Part shown: positions 9,015-20,273 of the stretch, one piece after another
How the letters are laid out: every line of letters starts with the position of its first letter
Position numbering within the stretch: the stretch's first letter is position 1
Source: an uncultured Gemmatimonadales bacterium
GTDB lineage: Bacteria; Gemmatimonadota; Gemmatimonadetes; Longimicrobiales; RSA9
Reading direction: 5' to 3'
Assembly: GCA_963798085.1 (NCBI GenBank)
Contig: CAWCRS010000003.1
Span: 1,024,001-1,088,000 of the forward strand
Length of the DNA stretch: 64,000 nt
Notes under the pieces: model-generated
The model's database searches: none
Told to the model about the DNA's origin: nothing
Seen by the model: only the letters and a program-made list of their open reading frames with translations
Made by a program: the position numbers and the translations under genes

Positions 9015-12000
9015 TCAGCGACCGAGCGGCCGCGCGGGTGGCGCCCTGAAGCGCGCCGCGTCCGCGGCCGGCATCCAGAAGAACTTCGGCAGCGGCTTCA
9101 GCTCGGGCCACACCTCGGCCATGGACTCAGCGTCGTAGACGAAACCGTTCTTCACGATCCAGTGCTGCTTTTCCATGTTGTGAATGTCCGTGAGCGGATT
9201 GTCGTCCAGCACGATGAAGTCGGCGAGCTTGCCGCTCTCGAGCGAACCCAGGTCGCGGTCGAGGCCGAGCTTCAGCGCGCCGTTGAACGTGCCGGCGCGA
9301 ATGGTTTCGAGCGGCGAGAGCCCGCCCATGGAAAGGCCCCACAGTTCCCAGAGCGCGCCCAGGCCCTGCAGCTGACCGTGCGCGCCCAGCGTTTCCAAGC
9401 CGCCCGCGTGGGTCACGTTCGCCGCGCCCTTCGACACGTCGAGGAAGTGCCACTCGTCGTCGGGGATATGCTGGTAGTGGCGCCACGCATCCAGGCCCGA
9501 TTCCGGCACATAGCGCCTTAACTTGGCGTTATCGTGGTAGTCGCCCTTGTTGTGGAAGTACTGCTCGAGCGTGGGCCCGCCGTAGCCGACAATGAGCGTG
9601 GGCGTGTAGTGCGTGGCGGAGCGGGCATACAGCTGCACGACGTCGTCGTGGATCTCGATGGGCAGTGCGTGCTCGACGGCGGAGTAGCCGTCCAGCACCA
9701 TGGTCATGTCCATGACCCAGTCAGCGCCGCCTTCCGCCGTGATCTCGACGTCGTGCTCGCGCGCGGCCTGCGCCAGCCACTGCCGCTGATCGCGGCGAGG
9801 CTGCATGTACTCCTTGAGCATGATGGGATCGTAGCCCTTGTAGCGGCGCACGATGCGGCGGGCGTCCTCGATGCCGTTGATGGGCTCGTACACGACCGGG
9901 AAAACGCTCTCCGAGCCGTAGATCACATCGCCGGTCGAGAGGATGCGCGGCCCCAGCATTTCGCCGGACTCGACCATTTCGGACTGCGGAAACACATCCA
10001 GATTGTGCGCGGACGGATCGAAGGTCGTCGTCACGCCGTAGGCGAGCTGCGCCACGTACTCCCACTTCTGCTGCGGGTGGAACTCCATGCTCGCGTAGTG
10101 CATGTGCGAGTGTACATCGATCAGGCCGGGCATAATGGTCTTGCCGCCCGCATCGACCACGGTAGTGCCGGAGGGAATCTGCACGCTGGGCGCAGCGCCC
10201 ACGCCGGTGATGCGATTGCGCTCGACGAGCAGTGTGCCGCGCTCGATCACCTCATTGCCTTTCATGGTGACGATGCGTGCGTTGGTGAAGGCCACGCGCC
10301 CTCCCGGTGCGGCGCGCGGCACCGAGATCTCGACCTTCGCGACGGTGTCGGGTGCATTGGCATCGAGCTTCTGCCGGTAGTAGGTGTCGATGAAGCTCCA
10401 GCCCAGCGTAGCGGAATCGAGCCAGTGGACGAACACGCCGCCTTCGAGCGCCAGCTTCTTCACGGGCAGTGCGCCGCCCTCGAAGTTCAGGTCGATGGGC
10501 GTCGTCGAGAACTCGGGCATGTCCACGACCACGACCGTCTCCCGTCGGCCGAAGGCGACGTGTCGGCCGTCAGGCGAGGGAATGACTTCGTCGACGGGCA
10601 CGAAGCGGAAGTGGCTTTTCTTGTCGGTGCCGTCCAGGCGTATCGAGGCCAGTGTCGTGCGCTGGCCGGCGCCGGGCGCTGCGTTGCTGCGCTCCGTGTA
10701 GAACAGCCGTGTGCCATCGGCACTGAAGCTGATAACAGGATAATAGCGGAGCGCGAAGCCGCTGTTGTAGGGCGCGGCCGTGACGAAGTGCGACTCCCCG
10801 CCCTCGACGGGCAGCCATTCGATCTCGACGTACGGTTCGTCATCGCTGAGCCCGCCGCGCAGCTCGGTGCCGCTGCCGCGGACGAAGGCCAGCTTCGTGC
10901 CATCGGGAGACCACACCGGATTCACGTAGCGACCGGGAATGGTGCTGACCGTGCGGCGCTGTTTGCCGTCGGGCGAAATGAGGCGCAGCTGCCCGAACGC
11001 CGAGTCCGACCAGGTGGTGTAGGCGATCCACTTGCCGTCGGGCGAGAACACGGGTGTGTACTCGCGCTCGCTGCTGTTCGTCAGCCGGCGCGCGCCGGTC
11101 ACGGGGGATGCGGCGTGGGCGACGACGCCCGCCGATGGGCCGTGGCCGCTGGCGCCGTTCTTCGAGGCAGGCGCCGGCGGGATCGTGCCCGGCACATCCG
11201 CGATGTACAGCCTGCCGATGGCGCTGAAGACCAGACGCCGCCCGTCGGGCGAGAGCGAGGGCCAGCGCATGATGCGCGCGGCTAACGGGCCGTCATCGAG
11301 CCGCTTCTCGAGGTGCAGCACCTGCGCGAGCTGCTGCGAGACGTGCGCGTGGAAGGGAATCAGATGGTCGCTGCCATCCGCGACATTGACGCGGTGTATG
11401 TGGCCGCCCGCGGCAATGATGACGCTGCGACTGTCGGGTGTGAAGGCATAGCCGGGCAGCTCGTCCTGGTTGCCGCTGGAATGCGGTGTTATCGGGTGCA
11501 GCAGCACGCGATCTTCGCCCGTGCGCAGGTCGCGCAGGTGCAGTGTGGTTTCCGCGTCGTGCAGGCGGCCGTACGCCAGCCAGCGACCGTCCGGTGAGGG
11601 CACCGGTCGCATACCCCCGCCGTTGGATTCCGTGAGGCGCACGGAGCGCCCGGTGTTGCGATCGAGGCGGTACACGCCGTTGGAGGCGAAGTACAGGAAG
11701 CGGCCGTCCGGCGAGAACGCGGGCCCCATGCCGCTCGCGGAATCCACCTTGAAGCCGGAGCCGCCATCGCGGTGGTAGAGGAACAGGCCCGCGGCGCCGG
11801 GACCGGACGCGCTCTTGTGCGCGATCACGTAGAGGCCGTCCGGCGTCCATGCCGGCGACTTCATGCTGTTCACGCGCTCGTGCGTGAGCGCCTTCGGCTG
11901 GGAGCCGTCCGCATTGGCGAGCCAGATGTTCATGTCGCCATCGCGATCGCTCACGAAGGCGATGCGTCTGCCGTCCGGCGAGAAGCGTGGCATGTGGTCC

Positions 12001-12305
12001 CAGTCGCGTCCGCCCAGGATGCGCGTGGCCTGGCCGCCCTCGATGGGCAGCGTGTAGATGTCGCCCAGCAGGTCGAACAGCAGTGTTCGGCCATCGGGCG
12101 ACACGTCGAGGCTCATCCACGTGCCTTCGTCCACGTCGAACTCGATGTTGCGCATCGGTCCGAGATCCGGTTTGCCGCGCGCGGAATCCGGGTGCACGCC
12201 AGCCGTGTCGCGCACCTGCGCCGCGGCCGGACGCGTGCACAAAACAGTGAAGCCGAGTGTGATGAGCGACAGTGGAATGCGAAGCGAGACGCGGATCGCG
12301 TGCAT
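9015..12305 (-). CDS. Secreted amidohydrolase with N-terminal PD40/TolB-like beta-propellers
   Basis: Signal peptide; many PxFSPDG/WSPDG repeats; MPGLIDVHSH metal motif; GSLESGKLADFIVLDDNPL. Confidence 0.92.
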   Translation of the reverse strand: MHAIRVSLRIPLSLITLGFTVLCTRPAAAQVRDTAGVHPDSARGKPDLGPMRNIEFDVDEGTWMSLDVSPDGRTLLFDLLGDIYTLPIEGGQATRILGGRDWDHMPRFSPDGRRIAFVSDRDGDMNIWLANADGSQPKALTHERVNSMKSPAWTPDGLYVIAHKSASGPGAAGLFLYHRDGGSGFKVDSASGMGPAFSPDGRFLYFASNGVYRLDRNTGRSVRLTESNGGGMRPVPSPDGRWLAYGRLHDAETTLHLRDLRTGEDRVLLHPITPHSSGNQDELPGYAFTPDSRSVIIAAGGHIHRVNVADGSDHLIPFHAHVSQQLAQVLHLEKRLDDGPLAARIMRWPSLSPDGRRLVFSAIGRLYIADVPGTIPPAPASKNGASGHGPSAGVVAHAASPVTGARRLTNSSEREYTPVFSPDGKWIAYTTWSDSAFGQLRLISPDGKQRRTVSTIPGRYVNPVWSPDGTKLAFVRGSGTELRGGLSDDEPYVEIEWLPVEGGESHFVTAAPYNSGFALRYYPVISFSADGTRLFYTERSNAAPGAGQRTTLASIRLDGTDKKSHFRFVPVDEVIPSPDGRHVAFGRRETVVVVDMPEFSTTPIDLNFEGGALPVKKLALEGGVFVHWLDSATLGWSFIDTYYRQKLDANAPDTVAKVEISVPRAAPGGRVAFTNARIVTMKGNEVIERGTLLVERNRITGVGAAPSVQIPSGTTVVDAGGKTIMPGLIDVHSHMHYASMEFHPQQKWEYVAQLAYGVTTTFDPSAHNLDVFPQSEMVESGEMLGPRILSTGDVIYGSESVFPVVYEPINGIEDARRIVRRYKGYDPIMLKEYMQPRRDQRQWLAQAAREHDVEITAEGGADWVMDMTMVLDGYSAVEHALPIEIHDDVVQLYARSATHYTPTLIVGYGGPTLEQYFHNKGDYHDNAKLRRYVPESGLDAWRHYQHIPDDEWHFLDVSKGAANVTHAGGLETLGAHGQLQGLGALWELWGLSMGGLSPLETIRAGTFNGALKLGLDRDLGSLESGKLADFIVLDDNPLTDIHNMEKQHWIVKNGFVYDAESMAEVWPELKPLPKFFWMPAADAARFRAPPARPLGR

Positions 12306-12388
12306 GACGCACCTCCCGAGCGGTGGACCCCCGCGCCAAGATACGCGGCCACGCCCGGTCCGGCGACACTATCGGGACGTGCTGACGG

Positions 12389-13312
12389 CTACGAGAGGCC
12401 CAGGCGGCTCACGGGGATGCGGAAGATGTCGGCGGTACCGCGACGATGACTGGTGAAATAGAGCCAGCGACCATCAGGGGAAAGCGACGGGCCGTACTCG
12501 TACGTGTGCGAGTTGATGGGTGCGCCGAGATTCCGCGGTGCGGTCCACGCGCCATTGACGAAGCGGGAGAGGTAGAGATCGTCGCCGCCCAACCCGCCGG
12601 GCGCATCGGTAACGACGTCGATCATCCAGGTGCCATCGGGACTCACGAGCACATCGGTCTGGGGCAGCGAGTCATCGACGAGCGGAACCCTCTCTGCGCG
12701 CGCGGCCGGGCCATCGGCAAGGCGAACGCGCACGATGTCATCCGTGCCGAAACGATCGGAGGAGAAGTAGAGCACGCCGTCGCGCGTGACCGACGCGTGC
12801 ATGTCCTTCGAGCCGGGCATGCGCACAGGCGAAGGCGCGACTGCGGGTGCGGACCAGGCGCCGTCCGGTCCTCGCTGCACGAGCCACAGGTTGTAGTCCG
12901 TGATCGTGTCCTTCCCGGCGAGCGGTCGATTCGACGAAAACCAGAGCTGGCTGCCATCGGGCGAGAAGCGCGGTGCGCGATCGCCCCAGCGGCCGGAGAA
13001 CGCGACCGGACGTGGTTCCTGCCAGTCACTCTCGCCTTCACCCGCAGCGGCGCGCATGACGGTCTGCCGATTGAAATCCTTGTCGTACACGCTGAACCAG
13101 AGCGAGCCGTCGCGCGGATCGATCGCCGGGAACGTCTCGTTGCGGTCGGTCGAGATCACGCCCGGTTGCACCAGCTCGGGCCCGGCTGCGTCCGACGCTG
13201 CAACCGCAGCAACCGTCGAGACTGTCGACGCAGTGTTCGTGGCGGGAGCGCCGGAACCGCGCGTGCAGGCGAGTGCCAGGAGCAAAGCGAGAACCGGGCG
13301 CCGCAGCGACAT
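12389..13312 (-). CDS. PD40/TolB-like repeat lipoprotein
   Basis: Lipobox LALAC; PRFSPDG and PSLSPDGRWLYFTS repeats; GGLGGDDLY, PRNLGAPINS. Confidence 0.85.
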   Translation of the reverse strand: MSLRRPVLALLLALACTRGSGAPATNTASTVSTVAAVAASDAAGPELVQPGVISTDRNETFPAIDPRDGSLWFSVYDKDFNRQTVMRAAAGEGESDWQEPRPVAFSGRWGDRAPRFSPDGSQLWFSSNRPLAGKDTITDYNLWLVQRGPDGAWSAPAVAPSPVRMPGSKDMHASVTRDGVLYFSSDRFGTDDIVRVRLADGPAARAERVPLVDDSLPQTDVLVSPDGTWMIDVVTDAPGGLGGDDLYLSRFVNGAWTAPRNLGAPINSHTYEYGPSLSPDGRWLYFTSHRRGTADIFRIPVSRLGLS

Positions 13313-13398
13313 CCATGCCTCGCAGCAGAAGGGAGCATCGAGTACACGGAACGCCGCGCGTAGATCCGGCGCGCGTCGCACGACACAGCAGGAACGTT

Positions 13399-13626
13399 CT
13401 AGAACACGCTGCGCAGCAGCAGCAGGAATCCCACGATGATCAGCGGTACGCCAATGGGCAGCAGGATCACCGTGATGGAGAGCAGGAAGCCGACGCAGAG
13501 CAGGGTCAGTCCGAGGACGACCCCGACCAGGCGGCCGGTGAGGCCCAGAATGAAGGCCAGCAGGTCCCAGAGAGCGGCGATGGGCCAGAAGATCCAGGGC
13601 GCCGATGCGCGAGCGCTTCTACTCAT
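13399..13626 (-). CDS. Small membrane protein
   Basis: 75-aa hydrophobic ORF (TVILLPIGVPLIIVGFLLLLR) co-oriented with neighbours. Confidence 0.7.
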   Translation of the reverse strand: MSRSARASAPWIFWPIAALWDLLAFILGLTGRLVGVVLGLTLLCVGFLLSITVILLPIGVPLIIVGFLLLLRSVF

Positions 13627-13738
13627 CGTTCATCCGTTGCCAGTGTGGCTCCAGCCGCAGGCGGGCAGATGCGCCGCGCCGCCATCGCGGTCACGTCATC
13701 AGTACGCGCGCAGACGGCCGCGGTTTCCGGCGACCGGC

Positions 13739-16402
13739 TCAGTCGGAGCGCAACGCGGCAATGGCCTCCACTTTCGCCGCGCGCAGCGCGGGCAGTGCGC
13801 TCGCCAGCACGGCGGCCAGCAGCAGCAGCAGCGTCACGGTCGCCAGCGTCAGCGGGTCGGTGGCAGTAACACCGAACAGCAGATTATCGAGCACGCGCGT
13901 GCTGGCCAGTGCGGCCAGCGTGCCCAGCGCCACGCCCGCCACAGTCAACCGCACACCCTCACCCACGACCATGCGCACCAGGCCGGCGGCGGTGGCGCCC
14001 AGCGCAGTGCGCACGCCCAGCTCGCGCGTGCGCTGCGCCACCGTGTACGAGACGAGACCGTAGATGCCCACCGCGCCCAGCAGCAGGGCACAGAGCGCAA
14101 GGATGCCGAGCAGCGATGTGGCCGAGCGACGCTGCTCGCCGATGCTGCGTGCGGCCAGATCGGCCAGCGTCGTAACCTGGAATACGGGCAGGTCCGGATC
14201 GAGCGCGTGCACCTGATTGCGCACCAGCGGGAGCATGCGCAGCGGCTCGGCCGCGCGCAGCACGACCGTCAGCTGGCTGATGGGCAGACCCGAAGTCAGG
14301 CCGCCGCTGGCCCAGGGCCAGTAGAGTGTGGGTCGGGACGGGTGTTCCGGCCCGAACTCGCTCAGGTCGCTCACCACGCCCACGATCTCGAACGTCGCGC
14401 CGCCATCAGGGAAGCCCACACGACGGCCCAGTGCATCGCCCTCAGGGAACAGCAGGCGGGCTAACGCCTCGCTAACCACCGCCACACCGGCGCCGCGGCG
14501 CATGTCCGCGTCCTGCAGGAGCCGTCCGGAGCGCAGACGGATGCCGACGGCGGCAAAGAATCCCGGCGTCGCCTCACGCATTTCCACGAGCGTGGGCCGC
14601 ACATCCCGGCCGGGCAGCACGATTTCACCATTGGTGCCGCCGGCCAGCGGCCGCCGGGTGGTCGCACCCACCGCTTCCACGCCCGGTGTCGCGGCCAGGG
14701 AGCCGAGGAGCGAATTGTAAAAGCCTGTTATCGCCTCGGCGGAGCCATAGCGGGCGGCAGGCAGTCCAATGTCGAAGATGAGCGCGCCGCGCGCGCCAAT
14801 GCCGAGGTCGATACGCGACAGCTGGCGCGTCGTGCGCAGCAGCAGGCCGGCGCCCGCAGCCAGCATCACGGCCAACGCGATTTCCGTCACGACCAGCCCC
14901 CGCCGCATGCCCTGCCGGCCGCCCGCAGTACCGCGACCACCGGCGCGCAGGCCGCCGCGCAAAGCGCCGCCACGCAGCTGCAGCGCGGGCAACAGTCCGA
15001 CCAGCAGCCCGGCGAGCAGGGAGAGCAGCGCGGCGAACAGCAGCACGACGCCATCCATGCGGATGGCGTCCGCGCGCGGAATCGTGCGCGGGTACAGGCG
15101 CAGCAACAGGCGAGTTGCCCACAGCGAGAACAGCAATCCACCCAGGCCGCCGGCCAGCGCGAGCACCAGGCTCTCGGCCACGAAGTGGCGCAGGATCCGC
15201 AAACGTCCGGCGCCCAGAGCCGCGCGCACCGCCAGCTCGTGCCGCCGGTCCTGCGTGCGCGCAATGGCCAGGCCCGCAACGTTGACGCACGCAATGAGCA
15301 GCAGCAGCAGTGTGCCGCCCGCGAACAGATTCAGCAGGCGACGACTCCTCGCCACGCTCCACTCGCTGAATGAGCCGACCGCGCTGCTCCAGCCTTCGTT
15401 CGCCTGCGGATAATCCGCCGCCAGCCGTGCGAACAGCGTTTCCAGTTCAGACCTGCCCTGCTCGACCGTCACACCAGGCCGCAGCCGGCCGACACCATTG
15501 ATCCTGCGGGCGCGACGCGTGGACCGCAGCTGCGCATCCCAGTGGAACGGCGTCCAGAGGCGAGGCGACGAGGGAAAGGCGAGGGCGCGCGGTAACACGC
15601 CAATAACAAGGTGCGGCACCTGGTCCACGATGACGCTATGGCCGACCACCGATGCATCCGCACCGAACTGCTCGCGCCACAATTCCTCGCTCAACAGCAC
15701 CACCGGCTGGGCGCCCGGCAGGTCATCGGCGGCAGCGAGGTCACGGCCGAGCAGCGGGTGCACACCGAGCAGCCCGAAGAAGCCGGGCGACACGTTCATG
15801 CCCAGGATTCGCTGCGGGCCGAGCGCGCCGGTCACGTTGTACTGAGTGTAGCCGAACGCTTCCAGACCGGCGAACTGATGCGCACGCTCGCGGAGATCCA
15901 GGAAGTTGGGCACCGACATGGATGAATAGGCGACCGGCGAATCCTTCAGGCCGCGATCGCCGATGCGCACGAGCTGCTCGGGGTGCGCGTACGGCAGCGG
16001 CCGCAGAAGCGCACCCCACAACACCGTGAAGATGGCCGTGCCCGCGCCCGTGCCGAGTGCGAGGGTGCCGGCCGCCGCCAGCGTGTACGCGGGTCGGCGC
16101 AGCAGCGCCCGCGCCGCCTGCCGCGCATCCAGAAGCCACGCGTCCAGCATGATGTCACTCCGTTTGCGTTTTTCGTGCGGCAACACCGCATTGCGGCGCA
16201 GCCAGCGCCAGGCGCGCGCGCCGAGATAACCGGCTGTCAGGCTGATCGCGACGGCGAGGAACCAGAGCGGCCGCAGCGCGAGCGGGCGGAAACGGGTGTA
16301 GTCCTCGTGCAGATCGCCCAGAATGCTGTCCGCGAGTGTCGCATCACGAGGCAGACTCCAGCGCACCAGCGCCAGCAGCCAGCGCGGCGGTCCAGCACTC
16401 AC
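13739..16402 (-). CDS. ADOP-type duplicated orphan ABC permease (MacB_PCD/FtsX x2)
   Basis: TLALGTGAGTAIF, LLLIACVNVA, ELAVRAALGA, ELGVRTALGA, PALRAAKV...ALRSD; GTG start overlaps the padR stop (GTGA). Confidence 0.92.
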   Translation of the reverse strand: MSAGPPRWLLALVRWSLPRDATLADSILGDLHEDYTRFRPLALRPLWFLAVAISLTAGYLGARAWRWLRRNAVLPHEKRKRSDIMLDAWLLDARQAARALLRRPAYTLAAAGTLALGTGAGTAIFTVLWGALLRPLPYAHPEQLVRIGDRGLKDSPVAYSSMSVPNFLDLRERAHQFAGLEAFGYTQYNVTGALGPQRILGMNVSPGFFGLLGVHPLLGRDLAAADDLPGAQPVVLLSEELWREQFGADASVVGHSVIVDQVPHLVIGVLPRALAFPSSPRLWTPFHWDAQLRSTRRARRINGVGRLRPGVTVEQGRSELETLFARLAADYPQANEGWSSAVGSFSEWSVARSRRLLNLFAGGTLLLLLIACVNVAGLAIARTQDRRHELAVRAALGAGRLRILRHFVAESLVLALAGGLGGLLFSLWATRLLLRLYPRTIPRADAIRMDGVVLLFAALLSLLAGLLVGLLPALQLRGGALRGGLRAGGRGTAGGRQGMRRGLVVTEIALAVMLAAGAGLLLRTTRQLSRIDLGIGARGALIFDIGLPAARYGSAEAITGFYNSLLGSLAATPGVEAVGATTRRPLAGGTNGEIVLPGRDVRPTLVEMREATPGFFAAVGIRLRSGRLLQDADMRRGAGVAVVSEALARLLFPEGDALGRRVGFPDGGATFEIVGVVSDLSEFGPEHPSRPTLYWPWASGGLTSGLPISQLTVVLRAAEPLRMLPLVRNQVHALDPDLPVFQVTTLADLAARSIGEQRRSATSLLGILALCALLLGAVGIYGLVSYTVAQRTRELGVRTALGATAAGLVRMVVGEGVRLTVAGVALGTLAALASTRVLDNLLFGVTATDPLTLATVTLLLLLAAVLASALPALRAAKVEAIAALRSD

Positions 16403-16725
16403 TCGAGCACATCCTCCAGCCCTGACCAGAGCTGCTGCAGCATGCGTCGCGATCGGCGCAGGGCCGCGATGCCGCGCGCGCTGACCGTGAACAGCCGCCG
16501 CGCATGCCCGCCGCGTTCCGGCCCGCCCGCTTCAACCGACCAGCGCACATAACCCTTGGTTTCCAATCGCTCGAGCGTGCGATACAAGGCGCCTCGCGCC
16601 ACCCGCCGCCCCGTCACGCGTCCCAGCTCCTCACGCAACGCCAGCGCCTGCGCCGCGTCGCCGAGCCGCAGCAGCGTGAGCAGCACCAGTTGCTCGAATT
16701 CTCCGATAACCGTGTTTCTTGGCAT
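16399..16725 (-). CDS. PadR family transcriptional regulator
   Basis: GEFEQLVLLTLLRL, GALYRTLERLETKGYV, GGHARRLFTV; translationally coupled to the ADOP permease. Confidence 0.92.
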   Translation of the reverse strand: MPRNTVIGEFEQLVLLTLLRLGDAAQALALREELGRVTGRRVARGALYRTLERLETKGYVRWSVEAGGPERGGHARRLFTVSARGIAALRRSRRMLQQLWSGLEDVLE

Positions 16726-16890
16726 CAATGACTACAATAGGGACATCGATGGGCGGCCGAGGGTTGCGGGGCTGGAGGTTGCCCAGGGGTGAGTGGGGGC
16801 CGGGCAGGGGAGGCAGGAGCTGTGGCTCGGGGGGTTGTGGTGGCTGGTATGCGGGGCGCCGCCTTGAGGTGGGGGAGGGAGGGCGCAGAG

Positions 16891-17007
16891 GAGGACGCGA
16901 GAGAGTGAGGACGCGAGAGTGAGGACGCGAGAGTGAGGACGCGAGAGTGAGGACGCAAGGAAGCGCGCGGACCAGGGCCCAAAGGCGGGCGAGAGTGAGG
17001 ACGCGAG
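16891..17007 (+). repeat. 14-bp tandem repeat GAGGACGCGAGAGT (~4.5 copies plus one dispersed copy) in a G-rich tract
   Basis: Units at 16891, 16907, 16921, 16935, partial at 16949; another copy at ~16989-17007. Confidence 0.9.
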
Positions 17008-17196
17008 GGAGGGTTGGACCAGGGGGTGGCAGTGGAGGGCGCGGAGGAGTCGGAGAACGACTGTTCTCACACGGTGGACACAGGGTCAACGGAGGGGCGT
17101 GTTTCCTTGGAGGGTGAGGGGGAATGAGGTGAGCGGGAATGAGGTGGGGGTCTGGAGGGAGGTCTGTGGTTTCGAGTGTCGGGGCGGATGCCGATA

Positions 17197-17340
17197 TCGG
17201 ACCGTCTTGGCGTTCTTTCCTTATGTCGACTATCGCTATCCAGCGGGCCCGCGCGGGAATCCAAAGTGGCAGGTCGATTGGCAACGGAGTCGGTGTCATG
17301 CTGGAGCACGCCACAACGCAAGAACGCCAAGACGGTCCGA
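17197..17340. repeat. 144-bp dyad element, copy C3
   Basis: TCGGACCGTCTTGGCGTTCTT-TCC-TT ... AA-CGC-AAGAACGCCAAGACGGTCCGA (perfect 21-bp inverted repeat), flanked by TA on both sides. Confidence 0.92.
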
Positions 17341-17562
17341 TAACAGGGCAATTCCTTTCCATACTATATCGCGATCCGTCACAGTTGGCGGGGTGTCCGT
17401 CACGCAGGGGTGTGCAGAATTGCGTGGGCGGGCGAAGTTGGGCACGCGGTGGAGCGGGCCGGCCATTGCGGGGGCTGCGTACGGTGTGGTGGTGATGGGG
17501 TCGGGATCGTCTGGCGGGTTCCTGCAGGGGTGAAGAAACGGCGATCGAATGCGGAGGCAGGC

Positions 17563-20032
17563 ATGGGTGAGTTGCTGGCGGATGTCCGGTATGCGCTGCG
17601 CACGATGCGGCGGAGTCCGGGCTTTGCTGTGGTCGCGGTACTGACGCTGGCGCTGGGCATTGGCGCGAACAGCGCGATCTTCAGTGTGGTGAACGGTGTC
17701 GTGCTGAAGCCGCTGCCGTACGCGGTACCGGACCGGCTGGTATCGCTGGCCACTCAGTTTCCCAGCCTGGGTTTCGATCGCTTCTGGTTTTCGCCGCCGG
17801 AGTATTTCGAGCTGGGGGAGTGGAGCCACTCGCTGGAGACGATCGGCGGGTACCGCACGGGCATTCTCTAGTGTGGGTGGCATTGAGCGGCCGGTGCGCG
17901 TGACATTGGCGATTGCGACGGCGGGGTTCTTCCGCACGCTCGGTGTGAGTGCCGAGCTGGGGCGAGCTTTCACGCGGGAAGAGGACATGCCTAACGCGGC
18001 GCCAGTGGTGGTGCTGTCGCACGAGCTGTGGCAGAGCGCGTTCGCGGGGGACCGCGCGATCGTGGGCCAGAACGCAATGGTGAACGGTGTGCAGCGCCAG
18101 GTCGTGGGCGTGATGCCGCGCGGCTTCGACATTGAGGATGCAGGCGTGCAGCTGTGGGTGCCGACGGGTCTGGATCCGGCGCAGCGCACGAACAATCGCG
18201 GCAGTCATTTCCTGAACGTGGTGGGTCGCCTGCGGGCGGGCAGCAGCCTGGAGCAGGCGAGGACGGAGATGGAGGCGTTGCTGCAGCGGTGGCACAACGA
18301 GCTGGGCGGTACGACGCACGCGCCTGATCCCGAGCGCCACCGCATTGTGATCAATTCGCTGCGCGGCGAGCTGATCGGGCCGGTGCGGCGAGCGCTCTTC
18401 CTGCTGCTGGGCGCAGTGGGCTTTGTGTTGCTCATCGCGTGCGCGAACATGGCGAATCTGCAGCTGGCGAGGGCGGAGTCACGTCAGACGGAGATCGCGG
18501 TGCGCGCGGCCATGGGCGCGGGCCGGCAGCGGCTGGTACGGCAGTTCCTGACGGAAGCGATGTGTTATGCGCTGGTGGGCGGCGCTGTGGGTCTGGGTAT
18601 GGCGGTGCTGGGCACGAAGCTGCTGCTGGCCGGGAGCGCGCACAGTGTGCCGCGCACGGCGGATATCAGCCTGGATGGCCGGGTGGTGCTGTTCACGCTG
18701 GCGGTGTCACTGCTGACCGGCATCCTGTTCGGGCTGGCGCCGCTGCTCAATCTCACGAATCGCAGCACCAACTCGGCATTGCGTGAGGGTGGCGCACGCG
18801 CCACGGCGAGCCGCGGTCGGCAGCGGCTGCGCCGGCTGCTGGTGGTGTCGGAGACTGCGCTCGCTGTGGTGCTGGCGGTGGGCTCGGCGCTGATGCTGCG
18901 CAGTTTTGCGGCGCTGCAGAGCGTGGATCCGGGATTCGACCCGCACAACCTGCTGACATTCGGGTTGTATCTGCCCGGCACCGCCTACCCCCACAACGAG
19001 GAGCAGGCCGGATTCTACACGCGGCTGGAGAGTCAGCTGAAGGCGCTGCCAGCAGTGACCGGTGTGGCCGCCATGAGCGGGCTGCCGCCACGACGGAATG
19101 TGAACGCCAACGACATGGAGTTCGAGGGCTACGTGTTCGTGCCCAACTCGGGCAAGCCCGTGCCCAACGCGGACTACTGGCAGTACATAACAGCGGATTA
19201 TCTGGAGACGATGCAGATCCCGCTGGTGTCGGGTCGTGGGTTCCGCCCGGGCGATGATGCGACGGCGCCGCCGGTGGCGCTCATCAACGAGCGCCTGGCG
19301 AAGCTGTTCTATGCGGGCCAGGATCCCATCGGCCGGCGGCTGCGACCCGGATTCGGTCCCAACAACACGCCGCCGCCCTGGTTCACCATTGTGGGTGTGG
19401 TGAAGGACGTGAAGCAGGGCGGCCTGGAGCAGCAGGCCGGCAGCGAGGTGTATTTCCACTACCCGCAGGTGGGGCCGATCATCGGTATTCCACGCACCAT
19501 GAACGTCGTGGTGCGCACGACACGCCCGCCGCTCGGGCTGCTGGACGCAGTGCGGGCCGAGGTGCGCGCCATCGATCCGCAGCTGCCAATGTCGAGCCCC
19601 GGTGACATGGAATCCGTGCTGGGCGCTTCCATCGCGCGGCCCCGCTTCCTGACACTGCTGTTAGGCATCTTCGCGGCTGTCGCGCTTTCGCTCGCGGCCG
19701 TGGGCACGTACGGCGTGATGTCCTACTCGGTAACGCAGCGCCGGCTGGAGCTGGGCGTGCGCATGGCGCTGGGCGCGGGTGCGCGTGGCGTGCTGGGTCT
19801 CGTTCTGGGACAGGGGCTGGCCGTGGCCGGCGTCGGCCTGCTGCTCGGTGTGGGCGGTTCCTTCGCACTCAGCCGGCTGCTGCGCTCGCTGCTCTTCGAG
19901 GTGAAGACCACGGACGCCATCGCCTTCATCACCGCGCCTGCATTACTGGGCATCGTGGCCCTCGCCGCGTGCGCGATTCCCGCGTTGCGCGCGGCGAGGC
20001 TGGATCCCGCGAAAGTGCTGCGCCGGGAATAG
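17563..20032 (+). CDS. ADOP-type duplicated ABC permease with one frameshift near 17865
   Basis: [43 protein letters not shown]; continues in the frame of ORF 17873-20032 to [17 protein letters not shown]. Confidence 0.9.
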
Positions 20033-20264
20033 GCCCGAGGCCCGGGCGCCCTCATGCGCAGGCGGAGCTTCATTGCGTCGCCCGTTCAGTCGCTGCCTCG
20101 GCGTGTCCTGACCTGAACGGGACGCAACCGGCAGCGCCAGTCCGCCGACGCACAACTCCTCCGGGACCCGGCGTCGGCGCATCGACGGGCATGCGGGTCA
20201 AGACCTTTTGCCCTGACGCTGTGCTTTCCGCCGGACCGGCGATCCGGCGCGAACCATGCGCGCA

Positions 20265-20273
20265 TGCTATAAT
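20265..20273 (+). promoter_or_regulatory. Consensus extended -10 element TGCTATAAT
   Basis: Perfect TGnTATAAT in a GC-rich intergenic region ~265 bp upstream of CDS 20540. Confidence 0.45.

Noticed and set aside
9534..11285. Long antisense ORFs (for example 9534-11285, 50144-51748, 57943-59853, 39621-41168)
   Set aside because: Shadow or alternate-frame ORFs expected at ~70% GC, overlapping well-supported genes and lacking motifs.
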